A stretch of 64,000 nucleotides of DNA from Chiloscyllium plagiosum (GCF_004010195.1 NC_057755.1:6603210-6667209), one strand, 5' to 3'. Positions 1 to 12,819 are shown, counted from the first letter of the stretch. Numbers and translations are program-made. Notes: generated by a model from the letters alone, not told the origin.

Positions 1-556
1 AGGTGGATTGAGTTTAAGAGTCGTGAGATCTTGTTGCAGCTCTATAAAACTTTGGTTAGACCGCACTTGGAATACTGTGTCCAGTTCTGGCCGTCCTATT
101 ATAGGAAAGATGTGGATGCTTTGGAGAGGGTTCAGAGGAGGTTTACCAGGCGTCCTATTATAGGAAAGATGTGGATGCTTTGGAGAGGGTTCAGAGGAGG
201 TTTACCAGGATGCTGCCTGGACTGGAGGGCTTATCTTATGAAGAGAGGTTGACTGAGCTCGGACTTTTTTCATTGGAGAAAAGGAGGAGAAGAGGGGACC
301 TAATTGAGGTATACAAGATAATGAGAGACATAGATAGATAGAGGAAAGTATAGAGGGGATGTCAGAGGCGGGTTCTTTACATAGAGAGCTGAGAGAGCAT
401 GGAATGCGTTGCCAGCAGCAGTTGTGGAGGCAGGGTCATTGGGGACATTGAAGAGACTCCTGGACATGCATATGGTCACAGAAATTTGAGGGTGTATACA
501 TGAGGATCAATGGTCGGCACAACATCGTGGGCTGAAGGGCCTGTTCTGTGCTGTAC
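1..556 (+). mobile_element. CR1/HER1-type LINE 3' fragment
   Basis: LYKTLVRPHLEYCVQFW...[11 protein letters not shown]-terminal domain and 3' tail; internal 59-bp tandem duplication (92-150/151-209). Confidence 0.9.
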
Positions 557-730
557 TCCATGGTCATAAATCAGAAAAACATTGAGTGACTGACACCTGC
601 TGTGTGTCAGGAGCCCTGCACCAGTGAGAGATAGGAGGCATGAACTGAGCAGAAAGACAGCAGTCAAGAGCTAAAGGAGATACAAAATCACGGCTCCCCC
701 GAGACATTCATTCTTCCCTGCCATCATTAC

Positions 731-808
731 CTGGGCCGTTCCAAGTAGAAGTGGGTTCAGCACTTGGGTGACACCGCTTTGGAAATGGTGGGCACGTAGT
801 GAGGAATT
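731..808 (-). CDS. PATL1: PAT1 homolog, coding exon 7 (NSSLRAHHFQSGVTQVLNPLLLGTAQ); the gene continues left of the window
   Basis: Acceptor TTTTCTCCCTGTCTTGTAG|, donor CAG|GTAATG, 78 nt. Resembles the PATL1 segment NSSLLGHPF...VLSPL...LLGGAQ. Confidence 0.85.
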
Positions 809-1045
809 CTACAAGACAGGGAGAAAACGACAAGTAAATGGCAAGGTCCACAGATACCCCAATAAGGTGTCCATCTAGTCACTGCCCCTCAACAATTCCA
901 ACCACACGTCCCACACTGTCTCACCAAGTGTTTCTAATTCCCACTGTACGCCACTCTGTCCTTGCCTCTTCCTGTGTTGTTCTTTCTCACTAATCTACAA
1001 TCATGGTCCTCCCTTTGCTGTTGTCTGAGCACTACCTTCTCTGAG

Positions 1046-1135
1046 GAAGGTTAAAATCACACAACACCAGGCTATAGGCCAACTGGTTTATTTGGAAACA
1101 CTAGCTTTCGGAGCGCCGTTCCTTCATTCAGGTGG
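1046..1135 (-). mobile_element. Single-arm family A element in the last visible complete intron
   Basis: CAC-CTGAATGA-AGGAACGGCGCTCC-GAAAGCTA-GTG on the minus strand; TSD TTCTCTGAG at 1037 and 1136. Confidence 0.75.
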
Positions 1136-1277
1136 TTCTCTGAGTAAAACTGCTTTCAGAGTCACACAGCACAGAAACAGACCCTCAATCTAACTAGTTA
1201 ATGCCGACCATAACCCAAGACCAAACTAGTCTCACCTGTCCACACTTGGTCCATATCGCTCTGAACATTTAGAGAAT

Positions 1278-1596
1278 GGGCAGCACGGTGGTTCAGTGGT
1301 TAGCACTTCTGCCTCACAGCACCAGGGTCCCAGGTTCTATTCCAACCTAGGGTGACTGTCAGTGGGAGTTTGCACATTCTCCCCGTGTCTGCGCGGGTTT
1401 CCTCCGGATGCTCCGGTTTCCTCCAGCAATCCAAAGATGTGCAGGTTAGGTGAATTGGCCATGTTAAATTGCCCATAGTATTCAGTGCATTAGTCAGAGG
1501 GAAATGGGACTGGGTGAGTTCCTCTTTGGAGGGTTGGTGTGGACTTGTTGGGCTGAAGGGACTGTTTCCATGCTATAGGGAATCTAATCTAAATCT
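1278..1596 (+). mobile_element. HE1-type V-SINE
   Basis: tRNA-like head GGGCAGCACGGTGGTTCAGTGGTTAGCAC, central GGAGTTTGCACATTCTCCCCGTGTCTGCG domain, (AATCT)n tail. Confidence 0.88.
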
Positions 1597-2263
1597 CATC
1601 TCATCTCACAAGTCAGTGAATAGGAAATATCTTTTAAACATTGTAACTGTACCTACATGCACCACTTTTCTCTGGAAGCTCATTGCACACACTAGCCAGA
1701 CTGTACAAAATAAATTGCCCTTCATGTTTTTTTCAAATCTTCTCACCTTAAAAACACGCCCCTAGTTTTGAAATCCCCCACCTTAGGGAAAAGATACCTG
1801 CTGCTCACCTGATGTATGCCTCTCATCATTTCATCAACCCTTGTACAGTCACCCCTCAAGCTCCTATGCTACAGTGGAAGGATTCCTTGTTTACTTGCTG
1901 TGTATCCCCCGCTCTCGCTCAGCAACCCCAACGCCCCTTCTCTCGCTCGCCTTGTCACCCCACGTCCACAGCCTCCGTCTTGCCCTGCCGTAACCAAACA
2001 CCCTCTCCCACGGTACGTTCTGGACCGTTTTCTCCCTGCTGCCCTCCCAATGTTGACCTCCTCTCGTCTCCCACATGTTTCCGTGCATTCCCCCCCACCC
2101 CACAATGTGAGTCAACTTCTCTCAGTTTCCCTCACAGTCACTTTGCAATCCCCTCTCTCATACTGCGCACTCCCTGCCTATGCACCATGCTCCCCATGAT
2201 TGACCCAGCCGCTCTCCTTTACACACACCGCCGCCTCTCTCCTCTGCCCAGCACAGCCCTCAC

Positions 2264-2371
2264 CGCAACGTTCAGCAGTTGGGTCGGTGACATCCTCTCG
2301 TTGAAGGGCGCCGAAAATCGCTGGTGAATCGGAGCTCGCACGTGGACAGGGGTCGGGCACAGGATGGATGG
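2264..2371 (-). CDS. PATL1: PAT1 homolog, coding exon 6 (PSILCPTPVHVRAPIHQRFSAPFNERMSPTQLLNVA)
   Basis: Acceptor CTGCTCTTTCAG|, donor GCG|GTGAGG, 108 nt. ILCPxPVHVR and ERMSPxQL match PATL1. Confidence 0.93.
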
Positions 2372-2454
2372 CTGAAAGAGCAGAGAGGCATTAGTTACAG
2401 CCTAACCCGAAGGGGCACAAAGGAAAAACCAACAACCCCAAATGAGAGAACAGC

Positions 2455-3300
2455 TGTAGCGGCTATGGGAGGTTGCAGCAACAGGGAGGGGTGTAGATGC
2501 CGGAGCGGGTTACACAGGTAGGAGGGGGTGTAAGAGCTTGAGGAAGTTACAGATATAGGGACAGGGTGTAGGTGCCGGAGGAGGTTACAGAGATAGGGAG
2601 AGGATGGACGGCTGGAGGAAGTTACAGAGAGAAGGACAGGTTGTCGGGGCTGGAGGAGGTTAGAGATAGGGAGAGGATGGAGGGGCTGGAGGAAGTTACA
2701 GAGAGAAGGACAGGTTGTAGGGGCTGGAGGGGGTTACAGAGGTAGGCAGGGGGTGTAGGGGCTGGAGGAGGTTACACAGATAGGCAGGGGGTGTAGGGNN
2801 NNNNNNNNNNNNNNNNNNNNNNNNNNNNNNNNNNNNNNNNNNNNNNNNNNNNNNNNNNNNNNNNNNNNNNNNNNNNNNNNNNNNNNNNNNNNNNNNNNNN
2901 NNNNNAGGTGACAGAGATAGGGAGGGATGTATTAGAGCTGGAGGAGGTCACATAGATAGGGAAGGGGTGTGGGGCTGGAGGAGGTGACAGAGATAGGCAG
3001 GGCTCCAGGGGCTGAAGGAGGTGACAGGGATAGGGCGGGATGTAGGGGCTGAAGGAGGTGACAGGGATAGGGAGGGGTGCAGTGGCCAGCAGAGGTGACA
3101 GAGGTAGGGAAATATGTCGGGACTGGAGGAGGTAGCAGAGATAGGGACGGCTGCAGCGGCTGGAAGACGGTACAGAGATAGGAATAACTGTGAAGGCTAG
3201 TTGAGATTACAGTGATCAATGATTGTCGTTGTTGAAGTATGTTTCAGATAGGGAGGAGTGCAGCGGCTGGAATTGGTTAGAGAGATGGGGAAAGGGATGA
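2455..3300. repeat. 36-38 bp purine-rich minisatellite (contains a gap)
   Basis: Unit approximately GGGGCTGGAGGAGGTTACAGAGATAGGGAGGGGTGTA. Confidence 0.92.
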
Positions 3301-3509
3301 GGCATGGAATAATTTAAGCACGACAATGGAAAGAGAGACAAAAAAAACATGGAATTTTATAACCAGGAGACAACGTGGATCCACAGGGACAAGGCAGGTT
3401 GGACAAACATGATTTTGTGGGATACGTAGAAACGAGGTGAGGAATGCTGAAACAGTCTGGGGTGGGACCCTGGGTTAAGTCAATGAGCTGGCAAGCTGTG
3501 AAGACCTAC

Positions 3510-3707
3510 CTGCTGGGTGGAGGTGGGGTGGCTCATGTGCTTGGGAGGCGTTCCGATGGGGGCGGTCCATACGGGGGGGCTCCCGATCACGGGAGACGAG
3601 GATCTGGGCGGAGGGGCACGATCTGACAGGTCCCGCTCTTCGCCACGCCCGAAGGCTGGTCTCTTGGGCAGAATGGAGTCCTTCGAGCCAGACAGAGCGC
3701 GACCGTC
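3510..3707 (-). CDS. PATL1: PAT1 homolog, coding exon 5 (DGRALSGSKDSILPKRPAFGRGEERDLSDRAPPPRSSSPVIGSPPVWTAPIGTPPKHMSHPTSTQQ)
   Basis: Acceptor CCTGCTCTAG|, donor CAG|GTAGGT, 198 nt. RDLS...RSxSPxIGSPPV...PIGTPPK is the PATL1 proline-rich signature. This frame is absent from the supplied ORF track. Confidence 0.95.
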
Positions 3708-4604
3708 CTAGAGCAGGAGGAACGGATCGTGACACAGCTCATCCAGATTGCACTGCACACTCCGACCTCACACACAGGAGACCATTCGGCCCTTAACCCT
3801 GCTACGCAGCAACAGGACTCGGCCATTCAGCCCTTTCACCAACTTTCTCTCAACTTGTCCACGGGACTTCAGCTTCACTGAGAAGGCCTGGATCTGTTGA
3901 CCCTCCCTAACGGCCCTCGAACTGAGTGATTTGCTGTGGGTCTGGAGTCACATGGAGGTCAGACCAGGTAAAGGCGGCACAACTTCCTTCTCTGATGGAC
4001 ACGAGTGACCAGCTGGGATGTTGCGACAATTAACAGTGGGTACGGTCACCACAATGTCAGCTTTTAATTCTAACTTTTTGGCGTATTGTCATTTCATATC
4101 AGGTTTTGGGATACACGTTCAGTGTAGTCACTACAGCACCCCTAACATTCCCCAAGAACAGCAGGAGGCAATTCAGCCCATTCTCCAGCCTGTTACACAG
4201 GGGAACAGCGGGCCATTCACCTGCTTCTCCAGTCTGTTAAACAGGAACAGTCGGAGGCCATTCAGCAACATAGCAGGATACAACACCAAAAGCAAGAGTA
4301 GACCAGATTACAGCGTAAGCCTGCTTCACCATTCAATATAACAATACCCGACCTCTGGCCAAACTCCACCTTCGTGGCATTCTGTCGCCTGCTACCTTTG
4401 CGAATTATCCAGGGTAAACCTGGAGCGACAATGCTATTAACCGAGTGTGACGCTGGCACCTGGCTGCAAGAATGCCTTTTACCATAGCTCAACCTCTGAC
4501 ACAGCGTGCGAGCATCTGCAGGAAGTGATTGCCCCCACTACTTCACAGCAATAAAGGAAGTTCTGCTCTCCCTGTTATCGGAAGGATACTATCAAGCTGG
4601 AGAG

Positions 4605-6370
4605 TCATTGAGTTATAGAGATGTACAGCACGGAAATAGACCCACTGGTCCAACCTGTCTATGCGACCAGATATCCCAACCCAATCTAGTCCCACCTGCC
4701 AGCACCCGGCCCATATCCCTCCAAACCCTTCCTATTCATATACCCATTCAAATGCCTCTTAAATGTTGAAATTGTACCAGCCTCCACCACTTCCTCTGGC
4801 AGCTCATTCCATACCTATACCACCCTCTGTGTGAAAAAGCTGCTACTTGAGTCCCTTTTATATCTTTTCCCTCTCACCCTAAACCTATGCCCTCTGGTTC
4901 TGGACTCCCACACCCCAGGGAAAAAAACTTTGTCTATTTATCCTATCCATGCCCCTCATAATTTTGTAAACCTCTATAAGGTCACCCCTCAGCCTCTGAT
5001 GCTCCAGGGAAAACAGCCCCAGCCTGTTCAGTCTCTCCCTGNNNNNNNNNNNNNNNNNNNNNNNNNNNNNNNNNNNNNNNNNNNNNNNNNNNNNNNNNNN
5101 NNNNNNNNNNNNNNNNNNNNNNNNNNNNNNNNNNNNNNNNNNNNNNNNNNNNNNNNNNNNNNNNNNNNNNNNNNNNNNNNNNNNNNNNNNNNNNNNNNNN
5201 NNNNNNNNNNNNNNNNNNNNNNNNNNNNNNNNNNNNNNNNNNNNNNNNNNNNNNNNNNNNNNNNNNNNNNNNNNNNNNNNNNNNNNNNNNNNNNNNNNNN
5301 NNNNNNNNNNNNNNNNNNNNNNNNNNNNNNNNNNNNNNNNNNNNNNNNNNNNNNNNNNNNNNNNNNNNNNNNNNNNNNNNNNNNNNNNNNAGTTCTCCCT
5401 GTATTCCATGAGATCTAACCTTGCTAATCAGTCTCCCATGGGGAACCTTGTCGAACGCCTTACTGAAGTCCACATAGATCAGATCTACTGCTCTGACCTC
5501 ATCAATCCTCTTTGTTATCTCTACAAAAAACTCAGTCAAGTTTGTGAGACATGATTTCCCACGCACAAAATCATGTTGACTATCCAGAATCAGTCCTTGC
5601 CTTTCCAAACACATGCACATCCTGTCCCTCAGGATTCCCTCCAACAACTTGCCCACCACTGAGGTCAGGCTCACCGGTGTATAGTTCCCTGGCTTGTCTT
5701 TATCGCTTTTAAACAGTGGCACCACGTCTGCCAACCTCCAGTCTTCTGACACCTCACCTGTGACTATCAATGATACAAATATCTCAGCAAGAGGCCCAGC
5801 AATCACTTCTCTAGCTTCCCATAGAGTTCTTGGGGACACCTGATCAGGTCCTGGGGATTTATCCATCTTTAACCGTTTCAAGAGATCAAGCACTTCCTCC
5901 TCTGTAATCTAGACATTTTGCAAGATGTCACCATCTATTTCCCTAGAATCTGTATCTTCTATAGCCTTTTCCACAGTAAATACTGATGCAAAATATTCAG
6001 TTAGTATCTCTCCCATTTTCTGTGGGTCCACACAAAGGCTGCCTTGCTGATCTTTGAGGGGCCCTATTCTCACCCTAGTTATCTTTTTGCCCTTAACATA
6101 TTTGTAAAAACCCTTTGGATTCTCCTTAATTCTATTTCCCAAAGCTGTCTCATATCCCCGTTTTGCCCTCCTGATTTCCCTCTTAAGTATTCGCCAAATT
6201 CCTTTATACTCTCCTACGGATTCACTCCATTTATCTTGTCTATACCTGACATATGCTTCCTTCTTTTTCTTACCAAACCCTCAATTTCTTTAATCATCCA
6301 GCATTCCCTATACCTACCAGCCTTCCCTTTCACCCTGACAGGAATATACTTTCTCTGGATTCTTGTTATC
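4605..6370 (-). mobile_element. CR1 LINE, 5'-truncated, spanning a gap
   Basis: KSPGPDQ, PGNYxPVSLTSVVGK, QHDFVRGKSCLTNL and DFSKAFDKVPH RT motifs; 3' tail at about 4605-4700. Confidence 0.92.
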
Positions 6371-6371
6371 T

Positions 6372-6822
6372 CTGTTCAGAAGAGATTTACCAGGACACTG
6401 CCAGTCATAACAAGAGGCTAGATAAGCTGGGAATTCTTTCACTGGAGCGTAGGAGGTTGAGGGGTGACCTTGGAAAGGTTTATAAAATCACAAGGGGTTT
6501 AGATAAGGTGAACGGCAGGTGCCTTTTCCCTTGGATAGAGGATTTCAAGACTAGGGGACATCTTTTTCAGAAGCGAGGAGAAAGATTTTAAAACAACAAT
6601 TTTTTTTTTTTAAAACACAGAGTGGTTCGCGTGCGGAATGAACTTGCTGAGCAAGTGGTGAATGCGGGTACAGTTACAGCCTTGAAAAGATATTTGGATA
6701 AGTATGTGAATGAGGAATGTTTGGACAGATATGGGCCAAACCCAGGCAGGTGGGACTATGGTTGGCATGGACAGGTTGGATCGAAGGGTCTGTTTTCCAT
6801 GCTGTATGGTTCTGACTCTGAT
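6372..6822 (+). mobile_element. CR1 LINE 3' fragment
   Basis: LGILSLERRRLRGDL..VYKI followed by the CR1 3' UTR. Confidence 0.85.
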
Positions 6823-7099
6823 GCCTTAGCGTTCTGGTTGTGGGGACAGAGCCCTTGAAGGCACATTCAGATTTTTTGGGGAGGCTACTGCACATGTCCT
6901 AATCATTAAAGAGGAGAGGGGATGTCCCAGAGGTCTGTGAGTGCTTTCAGGAGAGTCCCTGTCATTGATTAATTAATTACTTGCTGTATGGGCTTGGGGA
7001 AGGGGCAGCTGTGGAGGTGTGCAGGTTCTTTGGTCGTTCCAATATTGAGAAGGGGTTCCCTGAATTGTCTCAGTTTTTAAAAAAGGTCAACTTTTGATT

Positions 7100-7200
7100 T
7101 CTGAAAATGGGTCATTGGACTCAAAACGTTAACTCTGATTTCTCTCCACAGATGCTGCCAGACGTGCTGAGCTTTTCCAGTAATTCCTGTGTTTGTTTGA
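7100..7200 (+). mobile_element. Third Penelope-like terminal fragment family (related copies on the minus strand at about 22030-22135, 26065-26185, 30825-30900, 35215-35335)
   Basis: CTGAAAA-TGGGTC-ATTG-GACTC-AAAACGTTAACTCTG...CCACAGATGCTGCC; a degenerate hammerhead-like layout. Confidence 0.5.
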
Positions 7201-7904
7201 GGAAATCTCTGACCGGTTCAACACACGAACTATGGTCAAAGACAGCGTGCAGCACAGGAACCAGCTGCCTGCCTCAACTAGTCTGCACTGGTGTCTGCCT
7301 TCCTCACCAGGCCCCACCCATCCTCACATCAGCAGAAGATCTTTTCAGTCCTTTCTCACTACTCTGCTCATCCTTAGATACTGCGACACCGTTCACATCA
7401 ACCGTGGTCTGTGGGAGCGAGTTCCAGATGCTCACTGGTCTCCTGGGACGGCAGTTTCTCCTGTGTCACGTCAAAACCAACTGGCAACATTGGAGTGGAA
7501 TGGCCAGTTCCAGCACTGACCACGTGCCTTCCGTCGGAAAGATTTCGGGACACCTTCTTGCTCCAGAAAACCAAAGCCAGGACCTTGGCTTGTGAACACG
7601 CGGGGTTCAGTAACACAGAATGTGGGCGGTCTGTCTCGAACAACACCAGACCATTTGGCCTCTCAAGCCTGCTGCACCAATCAATAAAGAGACCACAGTC
7701 TGCTTGAGCGAAGTTCAGCCAACTTCCATGTTGATGGCTATTCGATTCCCCTCTTCCTGAAAAGAATCCCCAATGCTTACTCTGTCGATTTTAATTAACA
7801 ATTTTTTCATCCCGTGCCACTTTTAATGTTTCATCTATCTGCACCATCAGGTCTCTATTATTCTCAATGCTCCTATTAACAGTGTCACAAACCCTGTCTG
7901 CTTT

Positions 7905-8230
7905 ACTTGCTGCTCGTGGGATGTGGGCATTGCTGGCTGGGCCAGCAGTTATTGCCCATCCCTGATTGCCAGGGCAGTTAAGAGACAACCACATTGCTGT
8001 GGGTCTGGAGTCACATGTAGGCCAGAGCAAGGAAGTACAGCAGATTTCCTTCCCTGAAGGACATAAGTGAACCATATGGGTTCTTCTGACAATTGATACC
8101 AGACTGTTAACTCCAGATTTTTAATGAATCTAAATTCCACGATGGAGGGATTAGGACCCGGATCCCCAGAATACCACCCGAGTCTCCGGATTAAGAGTCC
8201 AGTGCTAATATAACTGGGCCATCATCTCCC
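7905..8230 (-). mobile_element. Second, older SINE-like family (related pieces at about 3915-4140 and 16900-17150)
   Basis: ATTGCTGTGGGTCTGGAGTCACATG.AGG.CAGA is shared between about 3930 and 7993; an A/B-box-like head appears at 16905-16980. Confidence 0.55.
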
Positions 8231-8489
8231 CAAGGATCTGAGTACACATACTCCCTGGGTCCTTTTGCTCCTGCACTCCTTCTGAATTGTACCTCCTATT
8301 TTATAAAGATGAGCCAGTGTGACACACACACACCCTGTAAATAAGCAGAAGAGCTAAAGGTGCACAGGAAAATGCAACACCTCGTTCGGTAATACAGAAA
8401 TCAATTTTGATTCTGTTAATAAAGCAGGGAGCAGTAAAGTTCACTTCGCAGTGATCGAGGTGAAGTAAACAGTAAGTGATCTGACTTAC

Positions 8490-8573
8490 CTCTAAGTGGG
8501 AGAGGAAAGGATTTCCGATTCCACCGAACACCATGGGCCCTTCCCACATGCTGGGGTTCGGTCGAGGGGGTGC
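8490..8573 (-). CDS. PATL1: PAT1 homolog, coding exon 4 (APPRPNPSMWEGPMVFGGIGNPFLSHLE)
   Basis: Acceptor CTCACAG|, donor GAG|GTAAGT, 84 nt, phase 0/0. NPSMWEG resembles NSSIWDG of human PATL1. Confidence 0.88.
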
Positions 8574-8723
8574 CTGTGAGCAAGATGTAGGAGGCAGTGA
8601 GAGAGTTTTAAACAGGCAGGGATCATACAGAAAGTGTCTCGAAGACACCAGCCCGAGGTGTCAGTGCACAAGAGGGTGGGGGAGCTGGCGCTGTGGGGAC
8701 AGGCTGGGCTGGACTCGACTCAC

Positions 8724-8887
8724 CTGCAGCGGAAGGTTAGATGGCACTGCCCTCATGATGGCTGGGTCCTCCAGGTCACTGTCAATGACCAGCTTGCTGA
8801 TGCTCTCCGCCAAGTTGCTCTCCTTCAACAGGTCATCTGGGTCCCCTGTCGGATCAGCCAGGCCGTCATGCTGCTCCTCCCAGTCCT
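8724..8887 (-). CDS. PATL1: PAT1 homolog, coding exon 3 (EDWEEQHDGL...NLAESISKLVIDSDLEDPAIMRAVPSNLPLQ)
   Basis: Acceptor CTTGGCAG| (phase 1), donor CAG|GTGAGT, 164 nt. DW motif and LEDPAIMRAV match PATL1. Confidence 0.93.
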
Positions 8888-9661
8888 CTGCCAAGCCGAA
8901 ATTCAAGAGAGTCAGACGGAGCTTTGGCTCTCTTTGCCAGGCAACTACGTCATTCAGCAGCGATCCAAACACGCGCGCAAACCCCCCAATTCACCATCAA
9001 CCCTCTGCCCATAGACAGTCACCCGTAACACACAGCCAATGTACTGACAGTCAGAGATCTCCCTGATTGTGATGTCAAGTTGATTTTCTGAAACATAACT
9101 TTTATACAACATATCCAAGAGCATATTCCAAGTCAATTCAAACAGGGCACTGCATGACGAACAACAGCGGTCAGCATTTCTACACTGAGCACTCTTCAGT
9201 GCTTCAATATAATTACATTACATCTAATAACAAGCATACTTCCCAAGAGGGTTTGAGAGCTAAGGGGCAACTTAAGATGAAAAACCTTACATGTTAGCTT
9301 TTCCATACTGTGCCGTGACCATTTAGAACACAGCTAAATGGTAGACCTGGTCATTGCAACGTGCCTGTCTGGCAACACTCTGATGTGGGGAAACATGGAG
9401 AATAAGCAGACAACGCACAAGCTTCCAGCTGGTGAATTTGTGCTGACCACTAAGTTGGTGGTCCTCCAGCAGCAGCAGCTCAGCATCCCCGAAAACAGCC
9501 TCACAGAACAGAGTTCTGACATGCAACTGCTGTTCAAGCTGTCACAATGGTCCAGCAGCCAGACCCCAGTGAGAGTCAGATGGACAAGGCAGACAAGAAT
9601 GGAATATCTGCAAATGATTGCTGAGGGGGCATTTGAACAAACCTCCCACGCCATGACTTAC

Positions 9662-9764
9662 CGACCGCACCAGGCCCGAACGTGTCGTCATTGAACTGGT
9701 CGATATCGTGATCTTCCTCTTGGAGAGCTTCTTCATCTTCCTCGATCGGGCTGTCATCGAGGGA
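9662..9764 (-). CDS. PATL1: PAT1 homolog, coding exon 2 (SLDDSPIEEDEEALQEEDHDIDQFNDDTFGPGAV)
   Basis: Acceptor TCCTTTCAG|, donor G|GTAAGT, 103 nt. Contains the Pat1 N-terminal motif IDQFNDDTFG. Confidence 0.95.
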
Positions 9765-10077
9765 CTGAAAGGACAAGATGCATATCATTACTGGCCAGGC
9801 GAGCCTTGGAAATGCCCTCAGGAAGTGACAAGACTGGACCTGCATCCCCAAGGGTTTGGAAAAATAAGAGGTGGGTTCAACAAAGCACGGAGGCTAAGTT
9901 GCAGAAAGGACATTCCCCTGGCAGAGAGCGGGGCCGAGAAGCAGGGCACAGAGTCTCAGAAAAAGTGGCAAGCTATTTAGCACTGACACGACTTGGAAGG
10001 TCCTTACTAAATAAATACCTAACCATGTTTTGAAAACAGGTCACATTACCAGAAGAGGAAATGCTCAAGGTTAGCAA

Positions 10078-11313
10078 AGGTTACAAAGAGATCTTGATCA
10101 ATTGGGTCAATGGGGTGAAGAGTGACAGAGGGAGCTTAACTTGAATAAAAACAAGGTGCTGCATTTTGGTAAAACTAACAAGGGCAGGACTTATACAATT
10201 AAAAGTCGGGCTTTGGGTTGTGTGACAGAACCAATTGACCTCGGGCTTCAGGTACATAATTCTTTGAAGTTTGTGACACAGATAAATAGGATGGTTAAGA
10301 AGGCATTTGGCACACTAGCCTTCATTGCTCAGACCTTGGCGCATAGGAGTTGCACAGGACATTGGTGAGGTCTCTTCTGGAGTACTGTGTCCAGTTATAG
10401 ATGCGTGAAAAAGTTGCACCTTAGGTCTCTTGTATATCTTTCCGCTCTCACCCGAAACCTATGCCCTCTAGTTATGGACTCCCCTACCCCAGGGAAAAGA
10501 CTTTGTCTATTTACCCTATCCATGCACCTCATAATTTTGTAAACCTCTATAAGGTTGCCCCTCAGCCTCCGACGCTCCAGGGAAAACAGCCCCCGCCTGT
10601 TCAACCTCTCCCTCTAGCTCAGATCCTCCAACCCTGGCAACATCCTTGTAAATCTGTTCTGAACCCTTTCAAGTTTCACAAAATCGTGTCCACAGGAGGG
10701 AGGCCAGAATCACACGCAATTCTCCAAAAGTGGTCAAACTCACATTCTGTAGAACCATTATAGGACCCACCAACTCCCATACTCAATGCATTGATCAATA
10801 AAGGAAAGCATACAAAACGCCTTCTTAACTATCCTGTCTATCTGCAACTCCACTTTTAATGAACTATAAACGTGCACTCTAAGGTCTCTTTGTTCAGCAA
10901 CACTCCCCAGGACCACAACATTAAGTGTAATAGTCCTGCTCTGACTTGCCTTTCCAAAAGGCAGCAACTCACATTGATCTAAATTAAAATCCTCAGCTTA
11001 TTGGCCTATCTGATCAGAATCCCGTTGTACCTGAGGTAACATTCTTCGCTGTCCACTACACCTCCAGTTTTGGTGTCATCTGCAAATTTACTAACTGTAT
11101 CTCCTAAGTTTGCATCCGAATCATTTATATAAACGACGAAAAACAGTGGACCCAGCACCGGGCCTTGCCGCACTCTACTGGTCATAAGCCTCTAGTCTGA
11201 AAAGCAAACCTTCACCATCAGCCCGCATCAGCTACCTTCGAGCCAGTACTGTATCCAAATGGCTGGCTCTCCCTGCATTCTGTGTGATCCAAACTTGTTG
11301 GCCCGTCTACCAC
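10078..11313. mobile_element. Two CR1 fragments in opposite orientation (+ 10078-10395, - 10398-11313)
   Basis: VLHFGKTN, GLFSLERRRLRGNL and KFADDTK motifs. Confidence 0.85.
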
Positions 11314-11699
11314 CAGGGCTTAGAGGCTCACTGAAAATATTCAAAAGAGAGATCGAGGAATGCCTGAATGTTAAGGGTAGTAAATAACAGAGATAGTGCA
11401 GAAAAATGGTATTGAGGTAATCAAACAGCAAAGCAACATCGATGGGCCAAGCTGCCTTCCCTGCCTCTACTTAGGTGGTTTCTACTTACTGAGTTCTGGT
11501 AAACATAGCATACAGAGTTCCTGTACACTGTTGTCACCTTCATTTCATACTGGGTGTTACTGTGCACAGTTCTGATCTCCACATCATACAAGACCACTGT
11601 GCAGAGTGCACATTTCGATATTTCTCAGAGTCAGCAGGCAGAGTGCATATCATTCTGGGAGTTATTGTGTGCAGTTCCTGTTTCTATATTACATCAGAA

Positions 11700-12030
11700 A
11701 GGGCACAGGAAGGGTAAATAGACAAGTTATTTTCCCTGGGGTGGGGACGTCCAGAACAAGAGGGCATAGGTTTAGGGTGAGGGTAAAGATTTAAAAGGGC
11801 AGCTTTTTCACATACACGGTGGTGCATGCATAGAATGAGCTACCAGAGGAAGTGGTACAGGCTGGTTGCAACACTGAAAAGGCATCTGGATGGGTGTATG
11901 AAGGGAAAGGGTTTGCAGGGATATGGGCTGGGTGCTGGAAAGTGGGAGTAGATTAGGTTGGGATATCTGGTCAGCATGGACGAGTTGGACTGGAGGCTCT
12001 GTTTCCATGCAGTACATCTCTATGATTCAA
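11700..12030 (+). mobile_element. CR1 3' end
   Basis: SRTRGHRFRVR followed by the CR1 tail CATCTCTATGA. Confidence 0.8.
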
Positions 12031-12786
12031 AGACACATGGGAGCACTGTACACCTTCCAAACTTGAAAGATGTCAATTCCAAATCACTTGGAGGGGAACT
12101 GACAGGTGGTGTTGTTTCTATGTGTTCAGAATGAATTAGAATTATTTTTTTTTGGTCTGGTGTACTCAAGTAGATTTACTTGTCCTTCTCCTTCTGGACA
12201 GTTTGGCAAGTCCTGCCTGAAAGTTCTGGCCAATCTCTGCAGTCCATCTTGCAGATAGCATACACTGTAGTTGCTGAGCATGAACCATGCAGAGAGTCAA
12301 CATTTCTGGATGTGGTGCCAAACAAAACAAGCTGCTCTGTCATGGATGGTGTCCTGAACGTACGCAACATTCAGAACAAGCACAAGGACAGGTTAATGGG
12401 TATGATCTTACAGCTATTACGGAGACATGTTGACAAGGAACTGAAAGCTGGGAAATAAATATTCAGAGCAATGTGACATTTCGAAAGGACAGACAGGAAG
12501 TAAGGAATGATGGGTAGCATTGTTAGCACGGGATGGAATAAGCAGTACAGCAAGAAATTATTAATGATCGGAAGATACAGAACCCACATCGGTGGAAAAT
12601 AAGAAATAAAAAGGGGAAGATGACTCCAGCAGCAGTCGCACACAGGTTGCCAAGCAGCTGCCATAACAAAAGCATATATTAATCATTGGTATTTTTAATC
12701 TTAATGCAGATTGGGATGGTCAGATTGGCAGAGATAGCCACGAGGAAGAAGTCAGACTGTGTTTTTTTGGACAGTTTCCACGAACA

Positions 12787-12787
<1 letters not shown>

Positions 12788-12817
<30 letters not shown>
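12788..12817. repeat. (TAA)10 microsatellite
   Basis: Read directly from the sequence. Confidence 0.95.

Positions 12818-12819
<2 letters not shown>

Noticed and set aside
7308..7381. Possible extra PATL1 exon (CGCAG|...CTG|GTGAGG on the minus strand)
   Set aside because: It has a stop in the required phase-0 frame, and exons 4 and 5 already join colinearly with known PATL1.
8533..9066. Plus-strand ORFs of 177 and 126 aa (also 3444-3711 and 1812-2327)
   Set aside because: They are antisense shadows of PATL1 exons or low-complexity intron sequence.
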